Source: Squalus acanthias (lineage: Eukaryota). Taken from it: 64,000 nucleotides of DNA. Shown here one piece after another: positions 23,137-35,395 of the stretch (position 1 is the stretch's first letter; every line of letters begins with the position of its first letter). The position numbers and the translations under genes were made by a program. Where the stretch lies: assembly GCA_030390025.1 (NCBI GenBank), contig CM059432.1:153328001-153392000 (forward strand), written 5' to 3'. The notes under the pieces were generated by a model that was not told the origin of the DNA, made no database searches, and was given only the letters and a program-made list of their open reading frames with translations.

Positions 23137-23440
23137 GGCTCCCCAATAGCTCAGCAACTTGATCCAATGAGTAGCTGAGCCACACAAACCAGGAAGGTTC
23201 CATGAGCAATACCCAGCCGGAGCCGAGTTGGCTTATCTCACCTCGGGCGGCAGTAGGGGGCACTACAGCTGGCTTCAACTCTGCTGGGTTACGGAGGGAA
23301 ACATCATTGCATTCCCTGGTTATCCAGTAACACCTGCTGGATCTGGGCTGGTGTGGCTGTTGGACAAGAACAGGACGGAGTTCAGCTCTGGGGTAGAATA
23401 TGCTGCTGGCACTGGCATCCACTGTCAAGGCTCACTCATC
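23137..23440 (+). mobile_element. Ancient SINE, AmnSINE2-like (identification from memory); another copy at ~28670-29130
   Basis: tRNA-like head tagctcag..gagccacacaaaccaggaaggttcc; core cagtaggggcactaca..ctgggtt..tatccagt..cctgctgga..gaacagga is shared with the 28.7-kb copy. Confidence 0.45.
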
Positions 23441-23451
23441 AATGAAAGAGA

Positions 23452-24650
23452 GAAAGAAAGACTTTTATATAACGTCTTTCATAACTTCAGGACCTCTGAA
23501 AGCACGGGCTGGATTTTCTCAAGGGAGACGTGCTGGAGGCGGGACTTCTGGTTTCCAGGTTTCAGTCCCGCCCCCAGAGACCAACCCACGCTATTTTCCC
23601 TTGATTGGCCTTGTTCTTACCGGCCAATTAAGGGAAAGCTGGTGACAGATGATGTCAGCGTATGACGCTTCATCTGTCGAAAAATTTTTGACAGATGAAT
23701 TGTCAGCGTTTGACAGTTTTGAGAAGCTGTCAAACACTGACAATCTCTGTTCTAAGGTGAGCCCTTGCACACAGGCTCACCAAGACCTCTCTCCTCAGCA
23801 GAAAGCAGATGGTTGCTGCATCTGAGAATGCAGCAGCCATTCTGTCATCTCTGCCGTTGAGATGAGGCACCTCCGGATCCTCAAAGGTTGAAGCCTGCAG
23901 AAAGAAGCAAAGGTAAGGAAACTTTTTCCAACACTTTACACTCACCTCTCATACTTACCTGTCCACACTTGCACCCATCACTCACCTCTACAGCTGACAT
24001 TTTGACCCCTCTCACCCCCGCAGACCCACTGCTCGCCTCGCTGACCCTGACGAGGTTCGCAGCCGTCGGGAAGCCCGCAATTGCAGGCGTAAAATGGGGA
24101 AAAGCCTCAAAACTGCATTTTAACAGGCAGTTAATTGGCTCTAATCCCCTTCCCGCCTCGAGGAGACGGGTCCCTGCGCGACTCGGGGGCCCGCCTCCCG
24201 GGAAGATGGCACGGAGGCGGGTTGGGAGCGAGTTCGGTACCCGCTCCCAGTTTCTGTTATTTTCCTGGCAGTCTCGCCTCCATACCCGCCTCCCCAGAGC
24301 TGGGAAAATTCCCCCCCACTTTACAGTCAATAAAGTACTTTTGAAGTCACTGTTGTAATGTAGGAAATACAGCAGCCGATTCGCTCACAGCAAAGTCCAA
24401 CCAACAGCAATGTGATAATGACCAGATAATCTGTTTAAGTGATATTAGTTGAGGGATAAATGTTGACCAGGACATTGGGGAGAAATCCCCTGCTCTTTTT
24501 CGAATAATGCCAAGGGATCTTTTATATCCACCTGAGAGGGCAGAGATGTCTTGGTTTAACGTTTCATTTGAAAGGTGGCACCTCCGAGAGTGCAGCACTC
24601 CCTCAATACTGCACTGAATGTCAGCCGAGATTTTGTGTTCAAATTTTATG
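23452..24650 (-). mobile_element. Deu-domain SINE (SacSINE1/AmnSINE1-like), split by MITE 23506-24316
   Basis: Contiguous across the MITE (..gaaagcac|tttacagtcaat..); Deu-like core cacagcaaagtcc..gagggataaatgttgaccaggaca..ccacctgagaggg..gtgcagcactccctca; further copies at 24745-25065, 52715-53024+57972-58008 and 63160-63365. Confidence 0.7.
23506..24316. mobile_element. Non-autonomous Harbinger-type MITE
   Basis: TIRs GGGCTGGATTTT / AAAATTCCCCCC; TSD CAC (23503-23505, 24317-24319). Confidence 0.8.
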
Positions 24651-24744
24651 GAATTGAAAATAAAAATTGGGAGATGTAAAACAGGCTGCCAACTCGCTAT
24701 CACCCGTTTTACACTAATGAACAAAGTCACGATCTACCCCAGTG

Positions 24745-25065
24745 AATTACTTTGAAGTGCAGGGACTGTTGTTATTCAGTCATACATGAAGATCCTAAAC
24801 TGCAAGGGGGTGAATGATCAGTTGATTTGTTTCTGGTGGTGTTGGTTGAGGGAGAAATGTTGGCCAGAACACTAGAAGAACTGCCTGCTCTTCCTCTAAC
24901 AGTGACATGGGATCTTTCCTGTCCACCTGAGGCAGCAGACGGGGTCTTGATTTAACATCTCTTGCGAAGAATGATGCCTCTGAATGCAGTATTTTCTCAG
25001 TACTGCACTCGCGTGTAAGCTTAGATTATGTGCTCAGGCACTGGAGTAGACCTTGAACCCAAGAC
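24745..25065 (-). mobile_element. Deu-domain SINE copy
   Basis: Homologous to 24330-24650. Confidence 0.6.
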
Positions 25066-25624
25066 CTTCTGAAGTGAAAGGTCAGAAATGAAGCTACGTT
25101 TGTAAACAATATGAAGGGGAACAGCAGGCCAAATGGTAAGGTTGCAAGGGGGGAGTGTCTGGGCAGACAAACAGCAGAAGCTGTTCAATGTGAACAACTG
25201 CAAGGTGATAAGATTGGGGAAGAGAAAAGCAGTGGGACTATAAGATGAACAGTCAGGCAGGAGAGGGATCCGGAGTATTGGTGAATAACTCAACAGCCAA
25301 CAGCACAAGGTGTGGAGGCAGAAGAACAGAACATCAGTCCCGGAGGTGATAGGGAGCTTGCATAGGAACTGGTTTGGCCCCACCTGGAGCATGGCGTCGA
25401 ATTCTGCAATATAGTACAGGCACCCTGGTTCTGGAGAGGGTACAGAGAAGGGCAACTAAACTGATAGCAGGTATTAGGCACTTGGGCTAGGAGGATAGAA
25501 TAAGGAAGCTGGGAATGTTTACACTGGAGAAAGAACAGCAACTTGCAATTAAATAGAACCTTTAAGAGAGAAAAATGTTCCATGGTGCTTCACAGAGGAC
25601 AAAAGAAGCAGATGCTGAGACTTT

Positions 25625-27397
25625 GGCCGGAATTTTGTCTACCTGGGCGGGTCTGGTGTGGGCGGAGTCTGTGGCGGGTCGTGACCCCACTGCTGGCCCC
25701 ATCCCGCTGATGAAAATGAATTTATCTTCATGGGGCCTATTAAGCCCAGCCAGTGTAATACCCGGCCCAATGAGATGGAGCGGGTCTGATGACGTCATTC
25801 ATGATGTGTTTTCAGCTGGGATCTTTAAGGGACCATGGCCACATTACATTTGAAGTTTAATGTAACATAGTGCTGTCGGTTCACTACAGCATTGGAGTGC
25901 TGCAAACACTGACATTGACTGCACAGAGGCAGAGGGCTGCACCCAGGTTCTCCAATGACTCCCTCCATATGCTTATGGAGGGAGTTGGAGCACGCAGGGA
26001 GATCCTCTTCCCTTCCGATGGGCGGAAGAGACTTCCCCAGGAGACCAAGACAGCCTGGTTGCACAATGCACAGGAGGTCACAAGCAGGGATGTGGTCAGG
26101 AGGACCTGAGTGCAGTGCCACAAATGTTTCAATGATCTCAGTAGATCAGGAAACGTTACTGCCAAGCCACACTCAACTGCATCCTGCTGTGCCTCTCATC
26201 ACATCCCCATCACTCTGCCTTCCCTACCCTACTCCTGCATATCCTTCCTCACACCAACTTACCTTGCACATCCACCCATCCCTCTAGCTCTATCTACATT
26301 ATCACATCCCCATCTCACTAGCCACCCCTCACACTCACCCTCATCCTAGTGCAATCATACCAACTAACAACATACAAGGGTAGGCACTTGGGTGTTTTAT
26401 CCAATGTTTATGTAAAGTTTCTGTTAATGTGGTGTCAAATGTAAAAATCTTTATTTAGAACAATTGCGTTCTTGAACAGATTTGTGTGCACCTTTGGAAG
26501 TGGCTTAGTGAGTTGCAGTGAATGGTGAGACATACGGTACCCCCCGCAATGGTGATGAGTGGGAAAGGAATGGCTTGGGCATTGTAGGGATGCTTTATGG
26601 TGTTGGTGTGGGTGGTGCCAACCTGGCGCATCATGTGGCAACTATATAGGTGTACAGCGTAAAGTTCAGTGAATCTGGCCATGATGAGGCCATCCCTGGC
26701 CTCCTGGGCAGCAATGTGGTCGGGTGCTGATGCCCTCAGTCCTGTGCAGCATCAGGTGATTGCGGAGAAGGTTGGTGTTGTTGTTGGTGCTGCTGGTGTT
26801 GGGGCTCATCGTGGTCCGATTCTGAAGACCAAGGTGAGACAGTGAAAACGGCACCCATGTTGATGGAATAGATAGCAGGTGAAGTACAGATGACAGGAGC
26901 ATTTTGTCAATGGAGAGAGAGTTCTTCCAATGAGGTGACACTGGATGGAGACTTTGCTGGAAAGACTTGCAGCCTGCAGAATCTGTGCTGGGAATGGATT
27001 GAGCAACAGCTTCTGCCTGAGGAAAGTGACCATCTGTCAGGTGGGAGCTTTTACTGTACATTTGATGCCGTCAAGTAATCAGCTGGAGCAATGGCCACAG
27101 AACTCCCGCCTCAGGTTGACAGACGTGGTTCCCGAGCAGCGTGAATCCCGTGGCCATACAGGGAAATCTAAAAAGCAGGTGAAAAAAGGCTCTTAAGTGC
27201 CTGTAAACTACCTGATGATGATTTCAATGAGGTCGCCCGCCATGCCGGTCGGGTCGACTCCGCGATGACAGACACACCTGGAGGAAAGGTGTGTGGGAGC
27301 GGGATGACAGCGGGTTCCTGACCCGCTGTCAAAAATAACAACTTTTCCATCAACCCGCCACCGATCGCGCCCGCTACCACCCCGGAAAATTCCAGCC
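25625..27397. mobile_element. Non-autonomous Harbinger (1.77 kb) retaining a Myb exon-1 remnant and the transposase C-terminal tip
   Basis: TIRs GGCCGGAATTTT / AAAATTCCAGCC; TSD TTT; RAAPRFSNDSLHMLMEGVGARREILFP..AWLHNAQEV; minus strand AAQEARDGLIMARF. Confidence 0.8.
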
Positions 27398-27446
27398 TTT
27401 GGGTGCCCAAAGCTTAGTTGAAGAGGCAGGTTTTCAGGGGGCTTTT

Positions 27447-27616
27447 GAGAGAGCGAGAGAGAGAGAGCGAGAGAGAGAGAGAGAGCGAGAGAGAGAGCGA
27501 GAGAGAGAGAGCGAGAGAGAGAGAGAGAGCGAGAGAGAGAGCGAGAGAGAGAGAGCGAGAGAGAGAGATAGGGAGAGAGAGAGCGAGAGAGAGAGAGCGA
27601 GAGAGAGAGAGAGAGC

Positions 27617-27647
<31 letters not shown>

Positions 27648-27676
27648 CGAGAGAGAGAGATAGGGAGAGAGAGAGC

Positions 27677-27708
<32 letters not shown>

Positions 27709-27824
27709 GCGAGAGAGAGAGCGAGAGAGAGCGAGAGAGAGAGATAGGGAGAGAGAGAGCGAGAGAGAGAGAGCGAGAGAGAGAGAGCGAGAGAGAGCGA
27801 GAGAGAGAGTGAGAGAGAGAGAGC

Positions 27825-27858
<34 letters not shown>

Positions 27859-28170
27859 TAGGGAGAGAGAGAGAGAGAGATAGGGAGCGAGAGAGCGAGA
27901 GAGAGAGATAGGGAGAGAGAGAGCGAGAGAGAGATAGGGAGAGAGAGCGAGAGAGAGAGATAGGGAGACAGTGAGAGAGAGAGATAGGGAGCGAGAGCGA
28001 GAGAGAGAGATAGGGAGAGAGAGCGAGAGAGAGAGATAGGGAGAGAGCGAGAGAGAGAGATAGGGAGAGAGAGCGAGAGAGAGAGATAGGGAGAGAGAGC
28101 GAGAGAGAGAGAGATAGGGAGAGAGCGAGAGAGAGAGATAGGGAGAGAGCGAGAGAGAGAGATAGGGAGA
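27447..28170. repeat. Compound (GA)n microsatellite with GAGC/GATAGG interruptions
   Basis: Directly visible. Confidence 0.97.
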
Positions 28171-28906
28171 TGGAAAGGTTTAGGGAGGGACTCGCAGGTC
28201 AGAGCTGGCTAAAGGCTCGGGGAAGAAAGGAAGCAAGAAGATTAATGTGATATCTATATCTATAGGTAAAGATGAATATCTATTTTCATCTCTTTTACAG
28301 GATGTTTCTGAGAAACAGAGTAAGTAAAAAAAAATCCTCCTTATTCACTTGTGAAAACAATGACAATTCTAGCAGCTTCTTTACAGCTTCCATTTGCTGT
28401 TTGAAATTGGATGAGCACGCTGGGTCTGTTTGGAGGTTCAATCCAATGCAGGATAAACCAGCCTCTATATCTGAAGCAAAAACAGGAGCTTAGAGAAACA
28501 TCACTGCAGACACGACTTGGTGCTTATCATCGAACCGGTCTCAAATTCAAGTTAACAGCCCTGTACATACCCTTTACTGATAACACAAGCGATGATCGAG
28601 CAGATTTGTAGCGCAACAGATGAAAGGGAAACATGTAAGGGAGCGGGTGAGGATTCCCAACTGCTCAACAGGTATTCAGCTCTTGGCTCAATCCCTAGTC
28701 TCGGCCAAAGTTGGATAATCTCTACTGGGAGGGCAATGGGTGTAGTACAGTGTTCTGGGCTAGGATGGGATAAAAGTAAGGAAGCGTTCTTGCTCCTGAT
28801 CACTATCCAGTAGCTCCTGCTGTAAAGTACACACATGAAGATGTCAGCTGATGACAGAATTGACTCAGCTCCAGTGCTTTCATGAATGAGTAGCTTGCCA
28901 ACACTC

Positions 28907-29097
28907 GGGGGGGGGTAATTTGAAACTAACCCACCTGGCAGGAAACTGATGGGATCAGATTGGCTACCTGTTTTACACCCCTCCCGATTTTATTTTCCAT
29001 CGACTTCAATGGAAAGTAAAATCAGGCGAGGGGTACAATGGATGGCCAATCCCAGCCCACCAGTTTCCCACCGGGCAGGTCGTGTTCAAGTTACCCT
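28907..29097. mobile_element. Fully palindromic MITE (Harbinger-type) inserted in an ancient SINE
   Basis: GGGGTAATTT..AAGTTACCCT ends; central ttccatcgacttcaatggaa palindrome; TSD CTC. Confidence 0.7.
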
Positions 29098-29804
29098 CTC
29101 ACTTTCTAATCTGGCCGAGGTACCAAAAGGTAACTGGGGTATTTGGAACTCTACCCCAGTACCAGTTTCTGCTTTTAGGAGCAGTGAGACACTCTGCCAG
29201 TCCAAGTGATGCCACCCGTTGATGGCGCCTTTGTTACCATTTGCGATTCTTTGTATTGGTTTCTGCATTTCTTTCCTTGTCTAATGGAACAATTGCATCT
29301 AGGCATTGTAATGTGGTTCTTAGTCAGTGAGATCACACCTCTGGGAACAGTCTTCATTACTCATGTATGTGGATGAGAAGAAGGGGGGACTTAGTATGAC
29401 ATTTATTGGAAGACGGCCAAACCTGTTGCCTCCCACACAGCCCTCTATCCTGAAGAAGCAGAGGTGATTGTTGCTTAAGGTGTGGTGCGCCTCGGCAAAT
29501 AATGTAGCACTGACTCAAAACCACACTGTGACACCAATGTTATACATCTTCATCAGGTACCTACAACAGCTATAGCGACAAAAACAACATGCTAGTGAGT
29601 TAACAAATACTGAAAAATACAGACAACCAGTCAGCCTAGCATCAGTAGTGGGGAAACCTTTAGAGACAATAATCTGAGACAAAATTAATTGTCACTTGGA
29701 AAAATATGGGCTAATATTGCAATTTTCTTGCTGAACCCGGTTTAAAGACCAATGAGATGCAGTATCTTCGACCCAATATTCTCCATTTGCAACAAATAAA
29801 CAGA

Positions 29805-32800
29805 GGGCTGAATTTTGCCAGCGCTCAGAGGGCGGGTTCGGAGGCAGGTCTGCTGTCAAAATGGCAGAGATTGACAGCGGGGTAGAAAGTCTGCTCTGAA
29901 CCCGCCTTCTTGTTAATTTCCCAAGTGCCGGCTCTGCCTGCGGTTTGCAAACCCGGCACTGAGATACTTAAAAAGCTGCTTAAAGCAATTTAAGCAGCAT
30001 TTTACCAGGTCCAAACGATTTTTCCATGTTTTTTACAGGGTTTCCGGCGCTCGGGGATCACGTCAGGTAAGGGTGTCGGGTTCTCAATGACTCTGCATTG
30101 CTGTGAATAGTTGACAGCTGCAAAAGTGGTATAAAAGCTACCATTTCACAGCTGTTCAATTTCCAATCTTAAAAGCTGGAGCCTTCAGGATTTGGAATAC
30201 ACTTTTCAGCTTTATGGAAGTTTGAAGAGTTTGGAGTAAACTCTCTATCCAGTGTCACCTCCTTGGAGCAAACTCTCTCACCATTGACAGATCGCTTCTG
30301 TCATCTCAACTTCAGCTGCCATCTATTCCATCAGCATCGGTGCACTTGAAAAAATCTCACCTTGGTCCTCAGAATCCCACCACGATCAGCCCCAACACCA
30401 ACATCACCAGGCACACCAGCAGCACCAGGCAGACCAACATCACCAGGCAGACCAGCAGCACCAACAACAGCATCAACCTTCTCCGCAATCACCTGATGCT
30501 GCACAGGACACAGGTCATCAGCACACGAGTACATTGCTGCCCGGGAGGCCAGGGATGGCCTCACCATGGCCAGATTTACTTCACTTGACGTTGTACACCC
30601 TGGCTGCCACAGGATGCGCCAGGTTGGCACCACCCCACGCCAACACCACTACAATGCCCAAGCTATTCCTTTCACACTCACCACCATTGCGTAGGGTACC
30701 GTTACGTCTCACCATTCATTGCAACTCACTAAGCCACTTCCAAAGGTGCACACAGATCTGTCCAAGAAGGCAAAGTGTTGAAAATAAAGATTTCAGTGCT
30801 TGACAACACATTACCAGAAACTTTACATGAACATTGGCGATAACACCCAACTGCCTACCCTTGTGTGTTGTTAGTTGGTATGATTGGACAAGGATGAGGA
30901 TGAGTGCGAGAGGTGGCTAGTGAGATGGGGAAGTGATAATGTAGATAGAGAGGGATGGGTGGAGGTGCAAGGTAAGTTGGTGTGAGTAAGGACAGAGTCA
31001 TAGAGTCATCACGGCACAGAAGGAGGCCATTCGGCCCATCGAGTCCGTGCCGGCTCTCTGTCGAGCAATCCAGTCAGTCCCATTCCCCCGCTCTATCCCC
31101 GTAGCCCTGCAAGTTCATTTCCCTCAAAAGCCTATCCAGTCTCCCCTTGAAAACATTGAGTGTCTCTGCTTCCACCACTTCCGTCGGCAGCGAGTTCCAG
31201 GTCCTCAGCACACGCTCCGTAAAAAAGATTTTCCTCACATCCCCCCGTATCTGTTGCCCAAAACCTTAAATCTGAGTCCCCTAGTCCTTGTACCATCAAC
31301 TAGTGGGAACAGCCTTTCCCCGTCTAGCCTATCCAAACCCGTCATAATCTTGTACACCTCTATCAAATCACCCCTCAACCTCCTTTGCTCTAATGAAAAC
31401 AAATCCAGCTTCTCCAACCTGTCCTTGTAGCTAAGATCCCCCATCCCCAGAACCATTCTGGTAAATCTTCTCTGCACCCTCTCAAGGGCCTTCACATCCT
31501 TCCTAAAGTGTGGTGACCAGAACTGGACGCAATACTCCAGTTGTGGCCTAACCAGCGCTTTATAAAGGTTCAGTATAACTTCTCTATTTTTGTACTCAAT
31601 GCCTCTATTTATGAAGCCCAAGATCCCATATGCTTTGCTAACCACTCTCTCAATATGTCCTGCCACCTTCAGGGGCCTATGCACATTAACTCCCAGGTCC
31701 CTCTGTCCCTGCACACTCTTTAAAACTGTGCCATTAAGTGTATATTGCCTCTCCCTGTTCCTTCTGCCAAAATGCATCACCTCACACTTCTCTGTATTAA
31801 ATTCCATCTGCCACTTGTTTGTCCATTCTGCTAGCCTTTCTATGTCCTGTTGCAGTCGATTGGTATCATCCTCACTGTTTGCCACACCCCCAAGTATGGT
31901 CTCATTGACAAATTTAGAAATTCTATTCTCTATTCCAATATCCAGGTCACCTATTCCATGAGCCTCAATTTTGTTAACCAGCCTTCTATGTGGTACTTTG
32001 TCAAACACCTTCCGAAAATCCATGTAGACAACATCCATTGCATTCCCTTCATCAAGCCTCTCTGTTACTTCATCAAAAAATTCAATTAGATTAGTCAAAC
32101 ATGATCTGCCTTTTAAAATCCGTGTTGGCTCTCCTTAATTAGCTTAAACCTCTCCAAATGCCCGTTAATTTTTTCCTTGATTATTGTTTCTAAAACTTTA
32201 CCCACCACTGATGTTAAACTGACTGGCCTGTAGTTACTAGGATTGTCCTTACACCCTTTCTTGAACAATGGTGTCACATTTGCCACTTTCCAATCCTCAG
32301 GCACCTCCCCCGCATCTAGGGAAGATTGGAAAATTATGGCAAGCCCTTCTGCTATCGCCTCCCCCAATTCCCTTAGCAACCTGGGATGCAAGCCATCTGG
32401 ACCAGGCGACTTATCCACTCTAAGCATACCCAGCCTTTCTAGTATATCCTGTCTATCAATTTTCACCCCTTCCATTGCTTCTACCTTTTCCACTTCTACC
32501 GATATTTTGTCAGCATCCACCTCCTTAGTAAACACCGATACAAAGTACTCATTGAGTATTCTAGCCTTGCCCTGCGCCTCTAAGCATACATCACCTTATT
32601 TGTCCCTAATAGGCCCCACCCCGCCTCTTACTACCCGCTTACTGTTTATATGCTGGTAGAAGATTTTTGGGTTCCCTTTTATGTTAACTGCCATTCTACT
32701 CTCATATTCGCTCTTTGCCAATCTTATTTTTACCTTCACTTCCCCTCTCAACTTATTGTATTTGGTCTGGTTCTCCCTTGAAGAATTCACCTGACATTCA

Positions 32801-34038
32801 TCATACACCCTCTTTTTTTGTTTCATCATCTTCTCTATCTCCCTCGTCATCCAAGGAGCCCTTGCTTTGGTTCCCTTACCCTTACCTCTTATTGGAATGT
32901 ACCTAGCCTGTACTTGGAACATCTCCTCCTTAAAGATCACCCATTGTTCCGTTATAGTTTTTCCTGTCAGTCTTTGGTTCCATTTTACCCTGGCTAAATC
33001 CTTTCGCATCCCATTGAAGTTAGCCCTATTCCAGTTCAGAAGTTCCACTCTAGATTGTTCCCTGCTCCTCTCCATTGCTAATCTAAATCTTATGATACGA
33101 TGATCACTCGTACCCAAGTGTTCTCCCACAGACACTTGATCGACCTGGCCCACCTCATTCCCCAGCACCAGATCCAGCAATGCCTCCTTCCTAGTTGGGC
33201 CAAGAACATACTGGTCAAGGAAATTCTCCTGAACATATTTCAGAAATTCCTCCCCCTCCTTTCCCTTTATCCTAGCATTATCCCAATCAATATTTGGGTA
33301 ATTAAAGTCCCCCAATATCACCACTCTATAGCTCTTGCATATTTCTGCGATTTCCCTGCAGATTTGCTCCTCTACCTCCCTCTCACTATTTGGAGGCCTG
33401 TAGAATACCCCCAATAGCGTAATCATACCCTTTTTGCTCCTCAACTCTAACCAAATGGATTCTGTCCTTGTCCCCTCAAGAACATCCTCCCTTTCCAACA
33501 CTACAATGTCTTCCTTAATCAGCACTGCCACCCCACCTCACTTTTTTCCTTCCCTATCGTTTCTGAACACCTTGTACCCTTGAATAATAAGTGCCCAGTC
33601 CTCACCGTTTTTAAGCCACGTTTCCGTTATTGCCAAAACATCGTATTGCTACACGGCTAATTCTGCTTGTAGCTCACCAACCTTATGTACCACACTTTGT
33701 GCATATGAAGGGCGTCATGGGAGAGCCTGGGTACAGCCGTGCACCTTTGTGCAGTGCTTGTCAGTGTTTTCAGCACCTCAATGCTGCAGAACACTGACAG
33801 CACAACTGTCAAAATGATGGTGGACATGGTCCCTTTAAGGAAACCGGCTGATGACGCGTCATCAAATGATGTCATCAGACCCGTTTCCTATTAATTGGCC
33901 GGGAACCTCGCAGGGCGGGTTTAACAGGCCCCATCAACATAAAATCTTGTTGGAGGCCTGGATCGACACAGATGCGGGATCCCCACCACCACCAACATTG
34001 CCCGCCCCGGACCCGCCGAGGTTAGAAAAATCCAGCCC
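29805..34038. mobile_element. Non-autonomous Harbinger (family of 25625-27397, inverted), interrupted by a CR1 LINE
   Basis: TIRs GGGCTGAATTTT / AAAATCCAGCCC; TSD AGA (29802-29804, 34039-34041). Confidence 0.8.
30993..33703 (-). mobile_element. CR1 LINE, 5'-truncated, endonuclease plus RT pseudogene
   Basis: ORF pieces 32596-33531 (GVFYRPP, ILGDFNYP, LDLVLGN, SDHR = APE endonuclease), 32113-32535 and 31235-32098 (RT); frameshifted, FADD changed to FVNE, internal in-frame deletion. Confidence 0.9.
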
Positions 34039-34487
34039 AGAAAGTCACACACTGGAAGTGGCGACTGAGTGAAAATACTTCTAAAATGATAGCAACGTAT
34101 ATTTTTGTTGGTGATCATAGCTCGTTCATTTTGCTCCCCTTGCCAGAGGGTTGATTGGGTTGTGTGTTCTCAGGTCTGTGACAGCATTCCTGTATGACAA
34201 GTTGATGGGCAGGGCATCTGCTCAGTGCACACCCTCTTTCCCAAACAGAAGGTATTGAAATTTGCAGAATCACAGGCAAGAACCTGACTTCTACCACTGG
34301 CTACCACTGGCTGGTGCAGCCTTAGTACACCCTATTCAGGGTAGGTAGTAGGCTGCACTAAACATGACTGGAATAGCAGCACTACTTAATATCACTGGAT
34401 TTAAAATCACAGATTTAAGGGACTAATTGGATAGGTCTTTCAAAGACGATAGTGCGAATGGCCTCCTTCTTTGCTGTAAGATTCTAT

Positions 34488-35380
34488 GGGGTAAAAATTC
34501 ACTTGGTTGCGCCACCCGTTAGCGCCTTAAGAGGGCGCTAATGGGGCGCAAAGCCGCTAACGCCCGGGCGCAGCGATGTTTGCGCCGCTCGAGAACTTAA
34601 CTTGAGATTGTGCGGCGGCGCTAAAACTTACCGATGCGACCACCTGCGCGCGCAGATTGTGACGTCATTCCATGGTGCAACGCCCTTGGGGCGCCCCGTA
34701 GCGGAAATTGAGTGGCGCCCCCTGCCTTACCGCCTGGCGCTTCCAACGACCAGAAGACTGGAACGCTATCAATCGCTGTGGGGCTGGGGGGGGCGCTATT
34801 TAAAGGGGGCCTCTTCCTGTCTTTTATTGTTAGTGGCATTTTTGAACTACGCATTCTGAGAGAGAGAGGGAGAGACTTCTGGAGAGATTCAACGTTGTGT
34901 GAAGGAGTTTTGGGTACTGAGCAGCACTTTGCAGGTTCATTTTGATTTGCCATTCCTTGTATCGATTTAGCAGAGACTGTGGGAGCTGCACTCTGAGCTC
35001 TTTGCCTGGTGCTCTCCATTGTTCTTTCCAGCACATTTGATGTGCAAGTCTCTCCAGGCCGAGATTCAAGGCAGCAATGAACAGGATGTGGATGGAAAGC
35101 AAGATTAACCATCCCCTTTAAGAACTGGCCCGTGCCATTGTGTGTGTGTTCCATTGCTGACTGACATTACATGAGCTTCGCCAGCGCTCCGAGTTAGCGT
35201 CTCACTGCTCGGCCTTTGCGCCTTAAGAGAGGTGTGCAGCGCCTGCTTTAGCGCTCCACTCACCTCCCGGGGCGGTAAAAGTGAAGTTTCCCGTCAGTGC
35301 CGATAATTAGCGCCAGGCGCTAATATTTGCGTCCGGACGATATTTGCGCCCCAAATGGGGCGCGACCTAATTTCTACCCC
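34488..35380 (-). mobile_element. Harbinger MITE, subfamily 1 (copy B), 893 bp
   Basis: TIRs GGGGTAAAAATT / AATTTCTACCCC identical to the full-length element; TSD TAT (34485-34487, 35381-35383). Confidence 0.92.
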
Positions 35381-35395
35381 TATGATTCTATGGAT

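Noticed and set aside
27399..27812. ER-rich protein ORFs
   Set aside because: Translation of a GA microsatellite.
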